Positions 19,236 to 29,038 of a stretch of 64,000 nt of DNA are shown here, piece after piece. The notes under the pieces are model-generated. The model saw only the letters and a program-made list of their open reading frames with translations, searched no databases and was not told where the DNA came from. The stretch comes from Kiritimatiellia bacterium (GTDB lineage Bacteria; Verrucomicrobiota; Kiritimatiellia; JAAZAB01). Both the position numbers and the translations under genes were made by a program. Where the stretch lies: assembly GCA_040767085.1 (NCBI GenBank), contig JAXGPF010000010.1:173133-237132 (forward strand), in the 5' to 3' direction. Position 1 is the stretch's first letter, and each line of letters starts with the position of its first letter.

Positions 19236-20291
19236 ATGGCCATGACACCCGATAAGCCCGCGACATCCTTCACCTTTAAACTGGATGAAGCCCAGCAAAT
19301 TCTGCTGATGGAAATCCTGCACGGCGGCAATTACCGCCCGGTGCCCATGGAATATACCCAGGCCGCCGCCGATGCCGATGGTTGCCGTGTGGCGCTGTAC
19401 AACAGCGGCAAATGCCTGGTGCAGGGCAAAAAAGCCGCGGATTTCGTCCAGTTTGTCCTGGAGCCGCAGGTCCTGGGCGCCGTCCGGGTGGGGTACGAAA
19501 AAATCCTGGACGCCGCACATTATCAGCCGCACATGGGCGTGGATGAAAGCGGGAAAGGCGACTTTTTCGGGCCGCTGGTGATTGCCGCCGCTTATGCCGA
19601 CCGGTCCTTGGCCGAGCGGATGCAGACCATGGGCGTGCGCGACAGCAAGCGCATCACCAGCGATAAGCGCCTGCTGGAAATTGCGCGCGACCTCCGGCAA
19701 TTGCTGGGGCGGCGCTACAGCCTGGTGCGCATCGGTCCGGCGGCTTATAACCGCCTCTACGCCAAGATGCGGAGCGTCAACCGCATTCTGGCCTGGGGCC
19801 ATGCCCGCGCCATCGAAAACCTGCTGACGGTGACCCCGGATTGCCCGCGCGCGGTTTCCGACCAGTTCGGCAGCCAGCAGCAGGTCTTGCGCGCCCTGAT
19901 GGGCAAGGGGCGCAAAATTAAACTCGAACAAATGCATCGCGCCGAATCCGATCCGGCCGTCGCCGCCGCGTCCATCCTGGCGCGCGCAGATTTCTTGACT
20001 GCACTGCGGGAGATGGGCGAAAAGGCCGGCGTCAAATTCCCCAAAGGCGCATCCGCCGCCGTGGTCGCCGCCGCGGGCGAGTTGGCGGACAAACATGGTC
20101 CGGCCGCCTTGGTGCAAAATGCCAAATGCCATTTCCGCACCGCGGATGTGGTGTTGCAAGCGCGCGCCCTGACCCGCGCCGTGCTCGGGCCGGATGGGCA
20201 GGCGCAATCACAGGCGCAGCGGGATGCCGAAGCCGGCAAAGGCCCCTCCGGCGGACGTTTTCATCAGGCACATAAGGGCAAAGGCACATAG
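19236..20291 (+). CDS. rnhC: Ribonuclease HIII
   Basis: N-terminal TBP-like YNSGKCLVQG, GVDESGKGDFFGPL, GVRDSK, DQF, VAAASILAR. Confidence 0.93.
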   Translation: MAMTPDKPATSFTFKLDEAQQILLMEILHGGNYRPVPMEYTQAAADADGCRVALYNSGKCLVQGKKAADFVQFVLEPQVLGAVRVGYEKILDAAHYQPHMGVDESGKGDFFGPLVIAAAYADRSLAERMQTMGVRDSKRITSDKRLLEIARDLRQLLGRRYSLVRIGPAAYNRLYAKMRSVNRILAWGHARAIENLLTVTPDCPRAVSDQFGSQQQVLRALMGKGRKIKLEQMHRAESDPAVAAASILARADFLTALREMGEKAGVKFPKGASAAVVAAAGELADKHGPAALVQNAKCHFRTADVVLQARALTRAVLGPDGQAQSQAQRDAEAGKGPSGGRFHQAHKGKGT

Positions 20292-20350
20292 GGGCGGATT
20301 GCCAGGGGCACGAACACAGAGGGGCAGAGGGGCAGATGGGCAAACAGGTT

Positions 20351-20413
20351 GATCCAATTTCAAAAGTCGTCTCCTGCCACCTTGCGTGGCAGGAACGCCA
20401 GGTTGTGCAAAAA
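20351..20413 (+). repeat. Truncated left end of the MITE found intact at 28687-28860
   Basis: aatttcaaaagtcg..cctgccaccttgcgtggcagga.cg..aggtt.tgcaaaaa shared with about 28692-28749. No right end seen. Confidence 0.8.
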
Positions 20414-20448
20414 TTTTTGATTGCCGGTTTGCCGGCGGAAAGGACACC

Positions 20449-21369
20449 ATGATCAGAATTGGAGCAGTCAATCCGGACACTTCGCACTTCGGCACGTTTG
20501 CCAAGTACCTGCATGCCGGCTACCGCGCCCGCTACACCGCCATTTACAACGACGGCATCCGCGACGATGCGGCGATCGACAAGTTCATCGCCGATTTCCA
20601 GCTGGAAAAACGCTGCCGCACGCTGGATGAACTGGCCGATGGCGTGGATGTGGCATTCATCCATAGCTGCAACTGGGCGCAGCACCTGCGCCTGGCCGAG
20701 CCGTTCGTCAAAAAAGGCAAGCCGGTGTTTATTGACAAGCCGATCGTTGGCTCGCTGGCTGATTGCCGGAAACTGGAAGCCCTGGCGCGGCAGGGCGCCG
20801 TCATCCTGGGCAGTTCCTCCCTGCGGTATTGCGACGAGGTGCGCGATTTCCTGGCCAAGCCGGAATCCGAGCGCGGTCAGACTGTCAGTATCATCGGCAC
20901 CGTCGGCACGGATGAATTCAACTATGGCATCCACGTGGTGGAAATGATCGGCGGGCTGGCGGGCACGGGCGCGGTGGCCTGCCGCTGCGTGGGCAGCGGC
21001 GAGGCGGGGGGACGCCGTTGCGAGACTTTTTTCGTCCGTTTTGCCTCCGGTGTGACCGCCGTTTACAACAACTTCCACGAAGTCTGGCACCCGGTCACGG
21101 CCACCATCATGACCACGAAGACCACTTTCCAGTTCACCGTCAATACCGGCCGGCTTTATGCGGCTTTGCTGGACCAGGTGCTCGATCGGATGGAAAACAA
21201 GCCCAACGCCCTGGCGGATATCCCGGCGCTGGTGGAGTCGGTGGCGATCATGCTGGCCGGCCGCCTGTCGCGCGCCCGCGGCGGCATTGAAGTGAAGTTG
21301 GCGGATATTCCCGTCGATGATCCCGGATTCGACGGCGCCGCCTTCGAAAAGTTTTACGCCAAGCGCTGA
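20449..21369 (+). CDS. Gfo/Idh/MocA family oxidoreductase
   Basis: IRIGAVNPDTSH, H...A......GKPVFIDKP, SSSLRY, YGIH. Confidence 0.85.
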   Translation: MIRIGAVNPDTSHFGTFAKYLHAGYRARYTAIYNDGIRDDAAIDKFIADFQLEKRCRTLDELADGVDVAFIHSCNWAQHLRLAEPFVKKGKPVFIDKPIVGSLADCRKLEALARQGAVILGSSSLRYCDEVRDFLAKPESERGQTVSIIGTVGTDEFNYGIHVVEMIGGLAGTGAVACRCVGSGEAGGRRCETFFVRFASGVTAVYNNFHEVWHPVTATIMTTKTTFQFTVNTGRLYAALLDQVLDRMENKPNALADIPALVESVAIMLAGRLSRARGGIEVKLADIPVDDPGFDGAAFEKFYAKR

Positions 21370-21380
21370 AAAGGACCGAA

Positions 21381-22673
21381 ATGATAACCATTAAACAGGC
21401 CGCTGACAATTTCGAACGCGAACCATTGAAGGCGCCATTCGGATTCAAGGGCGGGTATGTCGGGGAATTGTGGCAGACGGCGGCATGCCTGGCGGATGAC
21501 GCCGGGCATAACGGGGTAGGGTTGGGGACGCAAAGCATCCTCTGGTCCGACGCCGCCGTGTTCACCGCCCATTCGGAAGCGGCGGGGAACTGCCTGATGT
21601 ATATGATGACCGCCTTCGCCTTGCGGCGCGCCGCCGGCATGTCTTTTGACACCCCGCTGGACCTGCTGGACCGCCTGCTGCCGGAAACCCATGCCTACGG
21701 CCAGAAACTGAGCGGCCGCCGGGATTTGCGTTTGACTTTCGCTTTGAACGCGCTGGTGGCCGTGGATAACGCCGCCTGGCAGCTTTACGCCGCCGTCAAC
21801 GGCTGCCGCGATTTCGACGATATGCTCCCGGCGGAATTCCGGCCGGCCCTGTCGGCCCGGCACACGCAGGTCGCCTGCATCCCCTTGCTCTCCTACGGCG
21901 TCCCGCTGCCCGAAATCCAGCGGACGGTCCAGGACGGCTTTTTCTTCTTCAAGATCAAAATCGGATGCGACCCGGAAGGCGATGGCGACCGTGCAAAGAT
22001 GCTGGCCTGGGACATGCGCCGGCTGACGGAAATCCATGGCGCCTTGAAGGAATTGACGACACCGCACACGCAAAATGGCCGCATCCCGTATTACCTCGAC
22101 GCCAACGGCCGGTATGACAGCAAGGACCGCCTTTGCCGTTTGCTGGATCATGCCGCCAAAATCGGCGCTCTGGAGCGCATCGTCCTGCTGGAAGAGCCAT
22201 TCCCGGAAGAACTGGAACTGGATGTGCGCGATCTGCCGGTGCGGCTGGCGGCCGATGAAAGCGCCCATTCCGCCGCAGATGCGCGCCGCCGGATGGATAT
22301 GGGGTACGGCGCCATCGCCCTGAAACCGATCGCCAAGACCTTAAGCATGAGCTTGCGCATCGCCCGCCTGGCGGCGGAACGCCGCGTGCCTTGTTTTTGC
22401 GCGGATTTGACCGTCAATCCCATACTGGTGGATTGGAACAAAAACGTGGCCGCCCGCCTGGCACCGCTGCCGGAATTGTCCATCGGCGTGCTGGAGACCA
22501 ACGGCCATCAGAATTACCGCCATTGGGCCGACATGGCGCGGCGGCATCCCTGCCGCGGCGCGCCCTGGACCGCGCCGGTGCGCGGCGTGTTTGATCTGGG
22601 CGATGATTTTTACCGCCGCAGCGGCGGTATTTTCATGGCCAGCCAGCATTACGCCGGCTTGGTGGGGGCTTGA
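21381..22673 (+). CDS. Enolase superfamily protein (mandelate racemase / Ala-Glu epimerase-like)
   Basis: KIK, YLDANG, LEEPF, AADES metal ligands, LKP. Confidence 0.8.
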   Translation: MITIKQAADNFEREPLKAPFGFKGGYVGELWQTAACLADDAGHNGVGLGTQSILWSDAAVFTAHSEAAGNCLMYMMTAFALRRAAGMSFDTPLDLLDRLLPETHAYGQKLSGRRDLRLTFALNALVAVDNAAWQLYAAVNGCRDFDDMLPAEFRPALSARHTQVACIPLLSYGVPLPEIQRTVQDGFFFFKIKIGCDPEGDGDRAKMLAWDMRRLTEIHGALKELTTPHTQNGRIPYYLDANGRYDSKDRLCRLLDHAAKIGALERIVLLEEPFPEELELDVRDLPVRLAADESAHSAADARRRMDMGYGAIALKPIAKTLSMSLRIARLAAERRVPCFCADLTVNPILVDWNKNVAARLAPLPELSIGVLETNGHQNYRHWADMARRHPCRGAPWTAPVRGVFDLGDDFYRRSGGIFMASQHYAGLVGA

Positions 22674-23161
22674 TCCGGCCCGGCTTTGCGCTGCCGGGGT
22701 TCCGCCTCGGCGCGGCCGGGGGCGGGGGCGTCGGGCTCGCTTTCGGTTTTCAGGGAAGTAATGTCCTGCATGGTCTCCGCCATGCAGTCCGGGCACAGCC
22801 CGTGGGAAAATGACAGCAGCGAATTGTCGCTGATGTAATCTTCGATCAATTGCCAGGAAGTATCGTTGATGCGCACCCGGTGGCACTTGGCGCAGACCGA
22901 GATCAGGGTGCTCAGGATGCGTTTTTGCTGGACGTAGGTGTTGCCCACGGCAACGATCGCCGTAAATAAAACCGCCGCGGTCAGCACACAACCGCGCACG
23001 AGCGTGGAGTCGTCCGGCGATTCGCCGAAATAAAAACCGGAAATATCGCGTAACTCATTCACCCAGATCAGAAGCAGCAGCATGACAAAGGTCAACATCT
23101 GCCACAAGCCGATATACGCAAACGGATCGCGCGGCAGGTGGATGGTGTGAGATTTTTTCAT
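22649..23161 (-). CDS. Two-TM membrane protein with C-terminal CxxC...SHGxCxxC domain
   Basis: Two hydrophobic helices, then ISVCAKCHRVR...W..IEDYI.....FSHGLCPDC. Start at MKKSH is supported by an upstream promoter. Confidence 0.7.
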   Translation of the reverse strand: MKKSHTIHLPRDPFAYIGLWQMLTFVMLLLLIWVNELRDISGFYFGESPDDSTLVRGCVLTAAVLFTAIVAVGNTYVQQKRILSTLISVCAKCHRVRINDTSWQLIEDYISDNSLLSFSHGLCPDCMAETMQDITSLKTESEPDAPAPGRAEAEPRQRKAGPDQAPTKPA

Positions 23162-23225
23162 GTCCGGATTCCTGGTGCGTGTGGCCGCCGCGGCGGGCGT
23201 GCCATGCCGATCCTTATTTGCCTCT

Positions 23226-23254
23226 ATTGTATAGATCTTGTCCGGCGCTTGCAA
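23226..23254 (-). promoter_or_regulatory. Putative sigma70 promoter for the 22649-23161 gene
   Basis: Minus strand TTGCAA-17 nt-TACAAT. Confidence 0.55.
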
Positions 23255-23294
23255 AGAATATTTTTTAAAAATATCCGCTGGGTCGGGTTGCATA

Positions 23295-23464
23295 GGATAA
23301 GCCGTGGCGAAAGACGCGCGTTCCCGGCGTGTTTTTAAATAACGCAAAAACGCCACAATAGACCGGCGATACCGTTCCCGGGCGCCGGTATCCAAAGTCT
23401 GCTCGCCGGCCAGCCCGGTATTCCAATCCGCAAACGACACCGGAGTATTGCTGACCTCAGCCAT
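23295..23464 (-). pseudogene. Probable N-terminal remnant of an integron integrase / tyrosine recombinase
   Basis: AGGAGG RBS then MAEVSNTPVSFADW...ERYRRSIVAFLRYLKTRRERAS. Resembles, from memory, the SAM-like N-terminus of PVC integron integrases. It is divergent from the cassette-like genes. Confidence 0.45.
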
Positions 23465-23923
23465 CAATTCCTCCTGATATGCGGGCGTATAACAATTCTT
23501 TATTACTATGTCGATAAAATAAATTCACGCCTGTCAATTTAGAATCAGCCGCGTAAAACCTTGCCGTCGAAATCAAATTAGTATCATATTTCCTGAATTT
23601 TGCACCGCGCAAGTTTGGCGCAGGGCAAGGCGGCGAGGGTGATGGTGTATTCTTATACATGGAACCCTTGCCAACGCTGCCCCGCGCCAAAATCGCGCGG
23701 CCGGCTGCCGGCGAATATTGGCGTTTCCGGATACTATGCTCGCGTAACCATATGGGTGACATCATTTAACCGTGCAAAATTTAATTTGCATGCTCTATGA
23801 TTGCTTCAAATCATTTCAACGCCAATATTCGCGCAAAATTCAGGTATTTGCATGTTAACAAAAAAGATAGTATCCAATGCCAAAGGTGTTTTCCATTCTT
23901 GTTTGTTGCAAAAAATATATTCC

Positions 23924-25309
23924 TGTTCGTAACAAGTCAAGTGTCCGCTTTTTGTAACAAGTGATCTGTCCGATTTGTTATTGTGTGTTGTTGCTCCTGG
24001 GGTGAGGATTTTCCTCCCCCGCGGGGGAGGAAAAAGTTTATGCGACGTCCTCCAGCGACGCCGAAATGTTCAACGGTCCTTGGTAGCGGCCAACCACATG
24101 CGGGCCATAACGGATGGACACCGTGCCATCGAGGTGCTCGCAGACTTTAACCCGGCACTTGGCGAAGCTGAAACGCCATTTTGATGGTCCAATCTGCAAG
24201 CGGCGACTCCCGACAGCCACGGTATTGTCATTTTGAACCTCTCGCGCATGCTGCACACAGAAAATGCTGTCCAAATCCTGCTCACCGCAAGGCACGAAAC
24301 ACGTTCCTGTTTCCCGCGCCTTCACCTTCATGTTGCGATTGAAGGAAGGCAGAAACTGTTGTTGAATATAGACGTTGGCCTCGGCCATCGTCCGGATTCC
24401 CGCCTGCCTTAATTCCTGCGGCAGGCGCCCTTGCCAGGTCTTAAACATCCGCTCTATTCGCCCACGTCCCTGGGGGCTATAGCTCGGAATATGTTCGATC
24501 CCCAACTGTTGCAACGCCCGTCCAATTTGCGTCAATTGACGCCGGTCCACCGCCCCGCCTTCTTTGGGCGTATAAAAGAAATGACTGCCACGATCCGTGT
24601 ACAGACTGCAGAAAACCCCATGTTTAATAATGACTTCTTTCAACCCCTTCATCACCGTTAATGTCCCTTCCTGGGGCACAAGATAGGCCGTGTAGACTTC
24701 GCTGGTGGCATCGTCCATCACCAGGATCAGATCCTGCTTCTGGCCCGCCAGCAGGGGCAACCAGGCATGGGTGCTGCCATCCACCATCAACATCATCCCC
24801 GCCATTGGTCGCCGTTCCCGCTGCTGCCGATGCGGCCCTCGTTTCCGGGCCTTCGCCACCAACCCGGCCGTCTGCAAGGCGCTCTTGACCCACTGATAAC
24901 TGAGCTCGATCCCATGCTCCGCCTGCAGCTTCTCGTGAAAATGCCTCACATTGAAATCCATGTATTCTTCTCGGTACAACCTCAGCACCTGCTTCACCGT
25001 CGCAAGGGGCACGCGCCGCGGCCCCGGTATCTTCCGCCGACGATCCAGCAGCCCGTCGTAACCATACCGCTCGTAGCGCCCTTTCCAGCGCCGCATGGTC
25101 CGGTAGCTCACACCTAGTATCTCCGCCGCCTCCCACCACATTAACCGCCCTTCAATCGCACGCAAGATCACTTCCTGTACCTTCATTGCCCGCTCCAGTG
25201 CTGCCTTCGGATATTCATCCATATAACCCCCCTTTGAATGCACCATCCTGACAGCTTTAAGCGGACAAATCATTTGTTAATTATGCGGCCAAGTCATTTG
25301 TTTACGACA
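23924..25309 (-). mobile_element. IS1202/ISNCY-type insertion sequence, copy 1 (1386 bp)
   Basis: Reverse complement of 39278-40663. TGT...ACA ends, imperfect TIRs, subterminal repeats. No matching target duplication in the flanks. Confidence 0.93.
24038..25222 (-). CDS. DDE transposase (ISNCY/IS1202 family)
   Basis: N-terminal HTH, VDGSTHAW, MDDATS, LYTDRGS, SPQGRGRIER..KTWQGRLP. Confidence 0.93.
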   Translation of the reverse strand: MDEYPKAALERAMKVQEVILRAIEGRLMWWEAAEILGVSYRTMRRWKGRYERYGYDGLLDRRRKIPGPRRVPLATVKQVLRLYREEYMDFNVRHFHEKLQAEHGIELSYQWVKSALQTAGLVAKARKRGPHRQQRERRPMAGMMLMVDGSTHAWLPLLAGQKQDLILVMDDATSEVYTAYLVPQEGTLTVMKGLKEVIIKHGVFCSLYTDRGSHFFYTPKEGGAVDRRQLTQIGRALQQLGIEHIPSYSPQGRGRIERMFKTWQGRLPQELRQAGIRTMAEANVYIQQQFLPSFNRNMKVKARETGTCFVPCGEQDLDSIFCVQHAREVQNDNTVAVGSRRLQIGPSKWRFSFAKCRVKVCEHLDGTVSIRYGPHVVGRYQGPLNISASLEDVA

Positions 25310-25856
25310 GGAATTCCTGTGGCAGTTGCTCTTCCTCTTGCCCCTCCTCGCCATCTTTTGTGTGTGGCATGCCAGAAGCGTCACGAGGAACCGTACGATC
25401 CAAGGCCTCATATCGGCCCACTTGATCGTCGTGGCTGCTATTCCCGTCGTTATCAAGATCGGTGATGTTGTCCTGGAACTCATTCCCTATCATTTCTTCA
25501 AAGAGCTGTTCGGCCTGCTTGAGCGGCTTCATATAATCGCGCTGTGGCATTACTTGGTGATCGTACTGGCTGTTGCTGTCGTTTTGTTTGCTGTTTTCAT
25601 CATCCAGAAAAAGATATTCGACAAGGCTCGACTCTACGAGAAACGGCTCTCCAAGGGCGCGTGCTATGCGTGCGGAAAGAAGCTCCCGGCGAAGAATTCA
25701 GGGGCGTGCCCGTTCTGCGGAGAAAAGCAACTACGGCGATGCACACGATGCGGCGTCGAAACGTATATCACCGGTGTCTATTGTATGCAATGCGGACAAG
25801 AACAGACAGCCCAACAACCGCAGGCAACGGGCACAGGCAGGGGGGCGGTCGTATAA
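25310..25856 (+). pseudogene. 5'-truncated membrane protein with double zinc ribbon (cassette-like), cut by the IS
   Basis: The frame is open up to the IS end with no credible start. TM segments, then CYACG, CPFCG, CTRCG, CMQCG. Confidence 0.7.
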
Positions 25857-25874
25857 AATGATAATACGCTTCGA

Positions 25875-26255
25875 GTGATACATGCGTTGCAAGTTTTGGA
25901 TTACTGCATTGCACGTTCCCAAGGCAATGCTGAGCCTTGGTTCGGCCCGGAGCGCGTTACGGAGGAGTTGCGAATGCGTCTGGAGGAAGTGCCCATTGAG
26001 ACGGAGGTGTTTGTTGGCTCTCTGGTGGACGCCTGTCCATGGTCGGATTTCGTCACTGCGTATTGGCAGAAAGGGATGTTCGCCACCAAAATCGGTTGGC
26101 CATCGGTCATGCCATGTGTTCGTCTGTCAGATGGCGCCATCCTCAAACGGAATGCGCAGCGTCTCGGATTGTATCTCACACCCAACGATCCAAGGGCTTT
26201 CATTCATCGGCTGTCTGAACTCGCTCCCGGCTTAACAAAGGAAATGATCATATAG
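25875..26255 (+). CDS. Hypothetical protein (cassette-like, possibly partial)
   Basis: 126-aa ORF in lower-GC DNA, followed by an attC-like sequence. Confidence 0.45.
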   Translation: MIHALQVLDYCIARSQGNAEPWFGPERVTEELRMRLEEVPIETEVFVGSLVDACPWSDFVTAYWQKGMFATKIGWPSVMPCVRLSDGAILKRNAQRLGLYLTPNDPRAFIHRLSELAPGLTKEMII

Positions 26256-26257
26256 AT

Positions 26258-26314
26258 TTCCAGCAACTACTCCGAGGCGACTCGTAAAAGCTCGCGCCAC
26301 AATGTGCGTTAAGC
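26258..26314 (+). other. Degenerate attC-like site
   Basis: Directly after the stop codon: ttccagc/cagcaac ... ggcg..cgcc internal symmetry ... GTTAAGC core. Confidence 0.35.
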
Positions 26315-26342
26315 GCGTCCAAACCACGGTCATCAGGCGATT

Positions 26343-26780
26343 TTACGCCGGCGGCGGCTCCAGAACGGAACCGTGGGCGTCCAGGTAGCTTTGCAGGATG
26401 ATCTGGGCTGCTGCCTGGTCGCGCAATTCCCGCCGGCGGGCGCGGCGAACATTGCCGTCCAGCAGCATCCGTTCCGCCATGCTGCTGCTAAGGCGCTCAT
26501 CCCACAATTCCACCGGCAGCCCGGTGGCCTCGCGCAATTGCCCGGCAAAATGCTGGACCGCCTCGGCGGCCGGGCCGGCCTGACCCCGCATGTCCAACGG
26601 CCAACCCAGCACGATCTGCCGCACGGCGCGCTCGGTGCAGGTGGCCTTGACCGCCTCCAAGGCATGGCGGACGCCGCGCAGTTCCACCGTCGGCAGAGGC
26701 AGGGCGATGACACCGGTTTCGTCGCTGAGGGCCAGGCCCATCCGGCGCGAGCCGAAATCTATGCCCAGGCACCGGGTCAT
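26343..26780 (-). CDS. ruvX: YqgF/RuvX family RNase H-fold nuclease
   Basis: LGIDFGSRRMGLALSD, VLGWP, WDERLSS, DQAAAQIILQSYLD. Confidence 0.93.
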   Translation of the reverse strand: MTRCLGIDFGSRRMGLALSDETGVIALPLPTVELRGVRHALEAVKATCTERAVRQIVLGWPLDMRGQAGPAAEAVQHFAGQLREATGLPVELWDERLSSSMAERMLLDGNVRRARRRELRDQAAAQIILQSYLDAHGSVLEPPPA

Positions 26781-27901
26781 AACCAGCCCCGGCTGTCCGC
26801 CCGGCGCTTGAGCTGAGCGACGATTTGCTTGACATCCTGGTCGCGGCATTTCGGGCAGACAAGTGTGGCATGGTTGTGCTGCACCACCACCAGGTCATCC
26901 ACGCCGATCAGCGCCACCAGGTGATCCTTGCCGGCCACAATCACATTACGGGCAGCGTCCACTGTAGCGGTGCGGCCGACGCAGACGTTGCCGGCGGCAT
27001 CCGGCTTGAAATGTTTTTCCAGGGCCGACCATGACCCGAGATCGTCCCAGCGGAATTTACCGCGGGCCATGACGATATTACCGGCTTTTTCCATCAGGGC
27101 GTAGTCAATGGAAATCTTTTCCATCCGGCGGTAGGCGCGGGACAAGGCTGCCGCAAATCCGCGCCGGCCGACGGCCGGCGCCAAAGCGTCCATCAGTTGC
27201 GTCAGTTGCGGATGATGGCGGCGGACGGCATTTTGAAAAGACTCCAGCGACCAGACAAACATGCCGGCATTCCAGTAGAAATTGCCGGCTTGCACGTAGC
27301 GCTCCGCCGTGGCGCGATCGGGTTTTTCCACAAATCGCGCCACTTTGTGAAATTCAGTCTGGCAGCGTCGGCCCCGGCCGGGAACGACCAGCCGCGCCCG
27401 CGCCGCTTCCAGGTACCCGAATCCCGTGCTGGGCGCGGCGGGCGGGATGCCGATGGTCAGGAGCAAGTCCTCGGCGGCCGCCAGGTCCAGGGCATCGGCC
27501 AATGTCCGCCGGAACACCGGCAGGTCGCCGATGATATGGTCGGCGGTCAGGATCGCGATTTGCGCCGCCGGATCGCGGGCACGGACGATGGCGGCGCCCA
27601 GCGCCACGGCCGGGGCGGTGTTGCGCGCCTCGGGTTCGCCGATAATATTGTCCGCCGGGAATTCCGGCATGATCTGCCGGATGGCCGGCGTCAATTCAGC
27701 ATTGGTGACGATGATCACCCTTTCCGGCGGAATCAAGGGGTGCAGGCGGCGGACCGCCTCCGCCAGCATGGGCTGCGGGGAAGTGAGCGCCAGCAATTGT
27801 TTCGGCCGGCGCGCGGTGCTCATCGGCCAGAATCGTTCGCCGCGGCCGCCGGCCAGTATGACGGCATAGGCATGGGAATGTGATGCAGGTTTTGGTTTCA
27901 A
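26777..27901 (-). CDS. manC: Mannose-1-phosphate guanylyltransferase
   Basis: ILAGGRGERFWPMS...PKQ, EP..RNTAPA, FVEKPD, WNAGMF, SIDYALMEK, WDDLGSW. Confidence 0.92.
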   Translation of the reverse strand: MKPKPASHSHAYAVILAGGRGERFWPMSTARRPKQLLALTSPQPMLAEAVRRLHPLIPPERVIIVTNAELTPAIRQIMPEFPADNIIGEPEARNTAPAVALGAAIVRARDPAAQIAILTADHIIGDLPVFRRTLADALDLAAAEDLLLTIGIPPAAPSTGFGYLEAARARLVVPGRGRRCQTEFHKVARFVEKPDRATAERYVQAGNFYWNAGMFVWSLESFQNAVRRHHPQLTQLMDALAPAVGRRGFAAALSRAYRRMEKISIDYALMEKAGNIVMARGKFRWDDLGSWSALEKHFKPDAAGNVCVGRTATVDAARNVIVAGKDHLVALIGVDDLVVVQHNHATLVCPKCRDQDVKQIVAQLKRRADSRGWL

Positions 27902-27925
27902 TGGATTGGCTTGTTCCTGGTGAAT

Positions 27926-28684
27926 TTAATTTAAATTCATGATAATTTGAATGCCGCGCAAGGTCAAGCGCGGATCGACATGCACGTTGAAATCCGCGCC
28001 GGCCAGCGCGCGCCGGGCATATCCGCCTGTGGCGCAGACGGCGGCGCCGGCCGGCAATTCCGCCCGGATTGCCGCCAGGGCTTCGCGGAACATGCCGCGC
28101 CAGCCGAGAATCGCGCCGGCCCGCATGGCGGCGCGGGTGCCGCGGGCGATGGCTCGCCGGGCGGCCCCGGCGGACGGCAAAGGCAGGCGCGGCAGGCACG
28201 CCGTGCGATCCGCCAGGTAATCCAGGAAAAGCGCCGGGCCGGGCATGATCAGGCCCCCGGCGAATCGCCCGCCGGCATCCACGGCGTCCACCGTCAAGGC
28301 CGTGCCGAAATCCGCGATGATCACCGGCGCCCCGTAAATTTTAAAGGCGGCGGCGGCATTGGCCAGGCGGTCGGCGCCGATGGTGGCCGGGCGCGGATAA
28401 TCGAGTTTAACGCACAAATTCAAAGTGTGTCGGATCAGGAGCGGAGCGGCGCCGGTCAAGCGCCTTAACTCCGTCTGCCAGATGCCGGTGGCCGCCGGCG
28501 CCACCGAACAGATGGCGGAGCGATCCGGCGCCGCGCCGGCCGCCAGGCGGCGCAGCCAGGCGCGTACGGCCGCCGGCCGGCTGGCTGCCGTTGGCATGCG
28601 CCAGACGCGGCCCGGACCGCGGATACCTGTCAGCGCTGCCGAAACGCTGGAATTGCCGATGTCAATCAGTATAGCGGTGTTCAT
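27926..28684 (-). CDS. coaX: Type III pantothenate kinase
   Basis: IDIGNS, IGADR, DFGTALT.D, GG.I.PG, ATGG. Confidence 0.93.
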   Translation of the reverse strand: MNTAILIDIGNSSVSAALTGIRGPGRVWRMPTAASRPAAVRAWLRRLAAGAAPDRSAICSVAPAATGIWQTELRRLTGAAPLLIRHTLNLCVKLDYPRPATIGADRLANAAAAFKIYGAPVIIADFGTALTVDAVDAGGRFAGGLIMPGPALFLDYLADRTACLPRLPLPSAGAARRAIARGTRAAMRAGAILGWRGMFREALAAIRAELPAGAAVCATGGYARRALAGADFNVHVDPRLTLRGIQIIMNLN

Positions 28685-28686
28685 CT

Positions 28687-28860
28687 GAGATAATTTCAAA
28701 AGTCGCCCCCTGCCACCTTGCGTGGCAGGAGCGAAAGGTTATGCAAAAACACAATGTGTTGTTTTTTAACAATATGTGGCGTTTTAGATAGCCTTGGTCT
28801 CCGGTGGGCTTGTCCGCCTCAGGTGGAACAAGCCCGCCTGGGGACTTTTGAAATAGGTTC
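28687..28860. mobile_element. 174-bp MITE-like element with 18-bp imperfect TIRs and 4-bp target duplication
   Basis: Left gagataatttcaaaagtc, right gacttttgaaataggttc. ATCT on both flanks (28683-86 and 28861-64). Two internal hairpins. Partial second copy at 20351. Confidence 0.8.
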
Positions 28861-29038
28861 ATCTTACATGTAAAAAAAACGCCAAGGGGCTAATAATCAA
28901 TGTCCGTAAGATTAAAGACTGCCGGCGGAGAAAGCAAGCACAAGGTCTGTAATTGCGATATTGCCTGATGGTTCATGATGTGTATAATGCAATCCAAAAG
29001 ACCAGCCACGGTATATTGCGCAACAAAAAGGGAAAACC

